From Anolis carolinensis (lineage: Eukaryota), in assembly GCF_035594765.1 (NCBI RefSeq), contig NC_085844.1, positions 184,032,107-184,096,106 on the forward strand: a stretch of DNA of 64,000 bases. The letters run 5' to 3'. The position numbers were made by a program, and so were the translations under genes. Under the pieces are notes generated by a model that saw nothing but the letters and a program-made list of their open reading frames with translations, made no database searches and was not told the DNA's origin. Below, in pieces: positions 57,550 to 64,000 of this stretch; the stretch's first letter is position 1, and each line of letters begins with the position of its first letter.

Positions 57550-58032
57550 TTCTGGCACCAAAGCAAAGAAAGCATATATACTGGTCTATACTGCACTCTC
57601 CCCACTCTCTATTTCAATTTGGGCCTTGTTTTCTAAAAGGTTCCTTACCATTTCTTTATTCCATTTCCTCTTTTCCCTTAGATTTCCTTGTCAATGCTTT
57701 TTTCCATCATCAGCTACCTCTCATCTGCATTTTTTGCCCATTCTCTGATTCTCTCCATGCTCTGTCTCCCTTCAGTCTCCTCTGTCCTTTCCCAATTTCC
57801 CATCACTCATACACCTCAATACCACCAATAAGGCACCACCAACACATGATTAGAGTAGAAATCATATGATTGTTTACACCAAACTATGAGACTACATCCT
57901 GGGAGCAAAGCCCATTACCATTATCTACAAAAGGATTGAGTTTATCCCCTGTTACACTGCAATTGTAACTTGATATTGTTACAAGAACATAACTGAATAA
58001 CATGTTACTTTGAATGCAATTTTCATGTTCAA

Positions 58033-58264
58033 TGTGTTGTCAAAGGCTTTCATGGCCGGGATCACAGGATTGTTGTATGTATTCCGAGCTGTATGGCCAT
58101 GTTTCAGAAGTATTCTCTCCTGACGTTTCACCCACATCTATGGCAGGCATCCTCAGAGGTTGTGAGACACAACCTCTGAGGATGCCTGCCACAGATGTGG
58201 GCAAAACGTCAGGAGAGAATACTTCTGGAACATGGCCATACAGCCTGGAATACATACAACAACC
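58033..58264. mobile_element. Penelope-like element remnant: inverted pseudo-LTR (98-bp arms) with 34-bp extension
   Basis: Arms 58067-58164 and 58168-58265; 13-bp flanking direct repeat CAATTTTCATGTT (58017-58029, 58265-58277). Confidence 0.85.
58119..58159 (-). ncRNA. Minimal type I hammerhead ribozyme motif (Penelope-associated)
   Basis: CCU-CUGAGGA-U-GCCUGC-cauagau-GUGGGU-GAAA-C-GUC-AGG; core boxes intact, helix II present, helix III vestigial. Confidence 0.7.
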
Positions 58265-58382
58265 CAATTTTCATGTTGCTGTATGATTTACAGCACTGCT
58301 TCTTAAACTGTGGGTTCTGCCCCCATCAATGTTAGGGTCACAAAAAAAATGGCAACAATAAAAGTTTTCCAAATGCCTAGAG

Positions 58383-58490
58383 CAGGTATGGGCAAACTTT
58401 GGGCCTGCAGGTGTTTTGGACTACTGGCTGTTAGAAATTGTGGGAGTTGAAATCCAAAACACCTGCAGAGCCGAAGTTTGTCCATGCCTG
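58383..58490. mobile_element. hAT MITE (same family as 25840)
   Basis: TIR caggtatgggcaaactt / aagtttgtccatgcctg; perfect TSD GCCTAGAG. Confidence 0.88.
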
Positions 58491-61348
58491 GCCTAGAGGC
58501 TGTTTTAGATATTACACAAATCTATGAGCAACAACATGAACTGTTTCCATTGAACTCTGCAGAAAATACTTCAGCTGTACTTCATAAAAAGGAAAAATCA
58601 ACCTGTTTAGCTAAACTTGCAAATGCTGGTTTATTATCACTGCCTGGTTTTTACACCTATTTTATATACCTATATATCCAGAATTGCATAAAAATTATTG
58701 GGCTGAAAGGGGTCAGAACTAGAAAAAGTTTAAGAAGCTCTGGTCTAGAATCCAGATGCCAAAGAATTGCAGGAACAATTAGTGAGATAACCTGTTTGAA
58801 TAATCTGCTTTCAGACCCCATGAAAAAAGTCTGCAGCCATATTGCATATAGCCAGAAGTTGCTATCTTGGTCCAATTTTGATGACAGCTGAAAACAGTCT
58901 AAGATAAACAGGATGCAATTCACATCCTACATTTTTGTATCAAATAAGCCATAAATATGTCTGGAGGCTGCCAAGTTTATCTCATGTTTAGACTTTAAAT
59001 CAAGTGTCAGTTTAATTTCTAGTTGTCATGACAGTACATCTATTTAAGATTAACTAAAAAAGAAAAACACATGCAAAATATTTATCAAAAGCTTAGCCAG
59101 AGATTAAACACTGCTCTAAGGGGGTGAAATCCTGGCCTGAGTAGTTACTTTATTTGGAGTATTTACATTAGCACTTGGGATGCTTTGGGCTGGCTAACTG
59201 GCCAGCCACACTTACTGTAAGCCCTTGAAAGCAAAGGGTAAACACTAGCAAATCCCAGTATAAAAACATGGAATGAATGTTTTGCAAAAAGGTAGTGCTA
59301 AAATCAAACTTCCCAACAGGAAAGTCATGCTATCAGGTATTGCTCCCACTGAAATGTGTATCTAATTTAGTTCACTGGTAGGAGGGAACTAAACCATAAA
59401 ATTCTCAAAACAATGTAGTATGGGTATCATAATAAACTTCAACCCAGAGAATGTGGTGGTATTCTTTGCTCAATCATAAAACTTGTTTCATTATCTACAA
59501 TGATGCATGCATTGATTACATCCCATTTGGATTACCGTAAACTACTGTATGTAAGGTTTCACCTATTTGCTTCTGACAAAATATGGGAATTTTCTAGGTC
59601 TTCCGGGCAACTTTTTGGGATGCTTTCTCTGAAAGTTACTATATAGTCAAGTTGGAGGCTCTAGAACACGTGTCAAACTCCAGGCCCATGGATGAAATCT
59701 GGCCCACCATGTCATTTTATGTGGCCCCCCAGAAGCTGAACTATAGCTCTTATATTCCTTATATTAGGGTTGGCAGGAGTTGTTATACACCTGGAAGGCT
59801 ACACTTTGTTCTGTTTAGTCAGAATAGTAGGGTTTAAATTCAGATACATGGGTTGTGGATATGGCGTCTGACTTTAAAATGTCTTTTAACCTTTTGGATT
59901 GCAATTCCCATTATCCCCAGTCTGCATGGCAAATCATCAAAAGTGATGGGAATTTGTCATTCAACATTTGGGGACCCAAACTGAGTAAAAGCTGAAGCAC
60001 ACTGACCACTATTTTAAAAAATGATAGTTGAACCTCTGTATTCAGAGATTCCCCGTGCATGGATTCAACAGCCCTCTGAAGGCAACCATAAAACTGATGT
60101 GACCCTCGCTAGAATGGAGTTTGACACCCCTGATCTAGCAAATTCCTTGAGAAAATATCTCAAAGGTGGCTCTATAATACCTTCTGGCAGAAGGTATTCA
60201 TTTCAGTAAGATTCACTACTATCTCCAGTTTTCTGTTTCTATGGTATCCTCATGGATAAAACAGTCATATTGTACTATAACACATTCTATGCACAGGTGC
60301 CTCCTAAACCAGTTCAGAGTGCTAATCAGGATTGGTTACAACTTCTTGTAATGGTTTCAGTGCCTACTGGTTTGTTTCTGGACATAATTCAAAGTGCTGG
60401 TTATGATCTGTAAAGCTCCACTCTGCTTAGATCCACACTAGAGATAGAAGATGCCTGCAAATTTTGAAGCCACTGGGGAGAAACCTTTTGGGACAGAATG
60501 ATATCAGCCAAGCTTCCTTCCTAGAAGGAGCTCTTTGGACTCAAAAGTGAACTGTTGGTTTAATTCTGAGTCACAGTAATAGACTCAGTTTGGTCATATG
60601 AGAAATAGCTTCATGGAAATGGAGATTCCTGGATGTTTGTTTTAGACTTGGAAGTCTCCATTATAATGACTGTTGAGGGCTACCTCACTTTTTTTCTGAC
60701 AGAGACGCTATTCTGTATCATTACTTTCTAAATTTATTTCTAAATGTGTCCAGAGCAAAAAACAGTTATTACCTTATTCACAGAGGTCCAATTCATATCT
60801 GGCAAACGGCAATAGATAAATCGATCCTCTTGAGAACACCCACAGCTATGAAATCTCTCTCCCAAGATGCTTTGGAACAGAGGTGGACAATTGCCAAGAA
60901 TTGGGGGAGGACCACAACTCGCCTCAGAGGGCTGCATCCACCTTCTATTTTTTTAAAAAAGTATAAACTAAAAAGTCCCCATATCCCTGAGTGAGGATGG
61001 GGGCCAGTTTCCCATGTTTGAGTCCTCCAGTCTCTTTTTAGACCCAGTGAAAATAAGTTTTCCCTACTAGGAGGGGCCTGAAAAACATCCTTGTGGGACA
61101 TATGCAATGCAGTCTTAAGCAGATAATGTTCTGGTTCATATCTGTCTTTCTAGCATAAACATACTACTTAACCTTCAGTGCTATATTAATGCATAAACTA
61201 AATAAGCTATAGTTTATTCCCTCTGATTATAAGGGGTCTCAAAATACAACTCAAAATACACCTCTGAATCTTGATATAATTTAGGGTCAAATCTGTCCCA
61301 GCTAAGTTTACATTAGCTACTATCTTAATTTCCTTCTTCAATGAAGGG

Positions 61349-61547
61349 ATTTGTTGCTGTGTGACTTCCAAGTCATTTCCGACTTATGGTGACCCTAAGG
61401 TGAACTTATCATGGGGTTAGTTTGGAAGACGTGTTCGGAGGGAGGTTGCCTTTGCATTCCATTTAGCTAACAGTGTGATTGCCCAAGATCATCCTGTGGG
61501 TTTCCATGGTTAAGTGGAGAATTTTAATCCTGGTCTCCTGAAGTCTT
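61349..61547 (-). mobile_element. Old MIR/CORE-like SINE
   Basis: Homologous to 21561-21770. Confidence 0.6.
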
Positions 61548-61778
61548 GGACTACATCTACACTTTCAAATAAATGCAATTTGAGATCACTTTAACAGCCA
61601 TGCCTCAATGCTATGGAATCCTGGGGGGGGGGGGGGGGGTTTATAGTTTTACAAGGTCTTTAGTTTACTTTATCAAAGAGTACAGGAGCCTTACCAAACT
61701 ATAGCTCCCAGGATCCTATAGCATTGAGCAGTGGCGCTTCAAGTGGTGTTAAACTGCATTAATTCGACAATGTAGCTT
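61548..61778. mobile_element. Harbinger-like palindromic MITE with internal poly-G
   Basis: cactttaacagccatgcctcaatgctatggaatcctggg / cccaggatcctatagcattgagc inverted arms. Confidence 0.65.
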
Positions 61779-62722
61779 CTACATTTAGTTCTACACCCAA
61801 ACGAGAGATAGTATTGGTTTGTTCTACCAGGTTCTCATTAGGATTGGTGAAATAATGATCACAAATCCTTTTGGGCATTTGAAATATTCTATATAAGCAA
61901 TACGTTTTAGGAACTTTGGTAAGAAGCAAGGCTACACATCCCCGAAGCAGGAAAGATAACAGACTGTGCTTGAGGCTCACAAGTTTTCGTCTTCCCTTCT
62001 ACCAAAACCTGATTTTTGAGAATATTCTCAAAGGAATTTTGTGCACTTTGTTCCCATCATGCATAACTAGAATTACCTTGTTTCCTGTTATCAAGGTACA
62101 TCTTCTCATCCACAATGCAGTTTTCTGCCTCTTTCCATCACCTCTAAACTGCATAAATCTTACCAAGCATGTTCAGCCTCCAGCTCTGAAACACTCACAT
62201 CTAATCAGACTAACCCAATTTCAGAGGCATGCCTTCTGTATTAACAGCCTGCTGCCTGATTACAAAGCTGCCTGAGACTAAGGAAATGTAACGGTGATGA
62301 ATGGCGAAAATCACATGGCTGTGCATGAACCAGCTTAACTTCACTGTCTTCTCTCTTTAAAAAAAAGAGCATTTGGATGCATAAACAACTTCTCCTGTTC
62401 CCCTAAGCACACTGCCCTTTCAGGCTAGAGGGAAGGTCAATCACGGGATATCAAAACTATTTGAAGAATGACTTGCCAAAGATGGAGACTTTTCCCCCTT
62501 TCAGGTTGACAAACACGATTAATGTCTTATCCCTCGGTTAAACAAGCAAACACGAGGAAAAGAAATCAACAAATAAGGTGGGGTTTGGCAGGACTGGAGA
62601 AATGTGTACGAACCCAATTACACAAGAAATGTGACCTGAATATGTTTCTCATGATCCAAATTCATTGTACATTTTCTGCAGCACTAGACTGCAGCATATT
62701 CTGACTCTTCAGTGCAGACATA

Positions 62723-63012
62723 AGAGACCCTGCTGGTGCAGAGGGTTAAACCGTTGTGCCGGCAGGACTGATGACTTGAAGGTTGGATTGCTGACTTAAA
62801 GGTTGCCGGTTTGAATCCAACCCGGGGAGAGAGTGAATGAGCTCCCTCTATCAGCTCCAGCTCCATGAGGGGACATGAGATAAGCCTCCAATAAGGATGG
62901 TAAAAACATCAAAACCTCCAGGCATCCCCTGGGCAACATCCTTGCAGACGGCCAATTCTTTTACACCCGAAGCGACTTGCAGTTTCTCAAGTCACTCCTG
63001 ACACGAAAAAAA
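62723..63012 (+). mobile_element. Anolis SINE2-type SINE, full length
   Basis: Closely similar to 14070-14361; perfect 13-bp TSD CAGTGCAGACATA (62710-62722, 63013-63025). Confidence 0.9.
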
Positions 63013-63114
63013 CAGTGCAGACATAGTTCTAAGGACAACACTAGAGGGAAGGTGGGAGATATACAGACACAAACATATGTGTATAGGTGTATATTTTTCC
63101 TTACTATTAACTTT

Positions 63115-63288
63115 GGGTGCATCTATATTGCAGAATTAATGCACTTTTACACCACTTTAACTGCTATGACTCAATGCTATGGAATCTTGGGAGTTGTAAT
63201 GTTAGCCTTCTCTGCCAAAGAGTACTGCTGCCAAGATTTTCATGGCAGTAATATCAAATTGCATTAATTCTACAATGTAGATGCACTC
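63115..63288. mobile_element. Harbinger-like palindromic MITE, internally deleted
   Basis: TIR gggtgcatctatattgcagaattaatgca / tgcattaattctacaatgtagatgcactc. Confidence 0.7.
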
Positions 63289-64000
63289 ATTGTCAGTAAC
63301 GGGGGTTTTGATGACTTGTTTTAAAAGATTACATATTTTTACTGCTTTTATTATTTTTTTACTATTATTTTATATTTATTCATGTATTTTACCTGCTTAC
63401 ATTCTTAGTCACTTTGAGAGTTCTTAAAATACATTTTAAAAAGTAAAAAAAATATTCTTAAACATATATGGGGGAAGGTAGGGAGAGAAGGCTCTCCATG
63501 TTTGCGCAAAAGCGAACGGAGGTAAGCAAACACTTTCTAGCAAACAGATCAATTGCTCCAGCCAGCTGAAACTGACAATTGCTCTATGCCTGACCTTGCA
63601 GTTGGAAAGAAGATGGGCTCATGAACTCATTTCCACATGACAATGCTCCCGCAAAGTGATTTGCTTTGCCTGTGAGAAGAGCGGAGCGTTCTTCTCCGTC
63701 CTGCCCTCCCGGGCTCTATTGAAAGTGGCTCAGGGATGGCCTTTTGTGTTGTAAGTGCGTGAAAGACTCTGCTGAAGATGTATGCAATTAAACCCACTTT
63801 TCTTGCTGCTCTTTTGATTCACAGAGGCTCCCCGAGCAGGTGTTGCCACACACAAAGGGGAAGGACAACCTAATCTTTGCGGCAAAATATACCCACTTTC
63901 CAGCCCCCATCTCAAATAGGAAAGGGGAAAAAAACAGATGGAAGAGGAAAGCAGAATTTACTGTAATTTCTTCTCATCCCTCTCTCTCATACTCTCACAT

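Noticed and set aside
58014-58286. Mirror-image ORFs on both strands
   Set aside because: A consequence of the palindrome; no coding signal

Overview
Vertebrate genomic DNA, almost certainly a squamate and probably an anole lizard (inferred from Sauria SINE, Anolis-SINE2-type SINEs, Penelope, RTE, L2, L1 and many hAT, Tc1-mariner and Harbinger MITEs). Two convergent protein-coding genes are present. The + strand carries the last three coding exons of UROD (1312-3174). The - strand carries 13 coding exons of ZSWIM5 (52323 down to 6043, equivalent to exons 2-14); exon 1 was not found and presumably lies beyond the window end. All exons were rebuilt by hand with GT-AG boundaries and consistent phases. 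The remainder is TE-rich intron plus a 136-N assembly gap. Most ORFs in the supplied track are spurious. The most interesting signals are: a Penelope-derived 98-bp inverted repeat carrying an intact minimal hammerhead-ribozyme motif on the ZSWIM5 sense strand; an inverted MITE pair bracketing an in-frame, stop-free four-exon block (candidate circRNA with an endless ORF); repeated nesting of hAT MITEs at NTCTAGAN-like sites; and chimeric or self-inserted transposons. I see no clear evidence of a wholly new biological system. TE family names come from recalled similarity, not from a database search.
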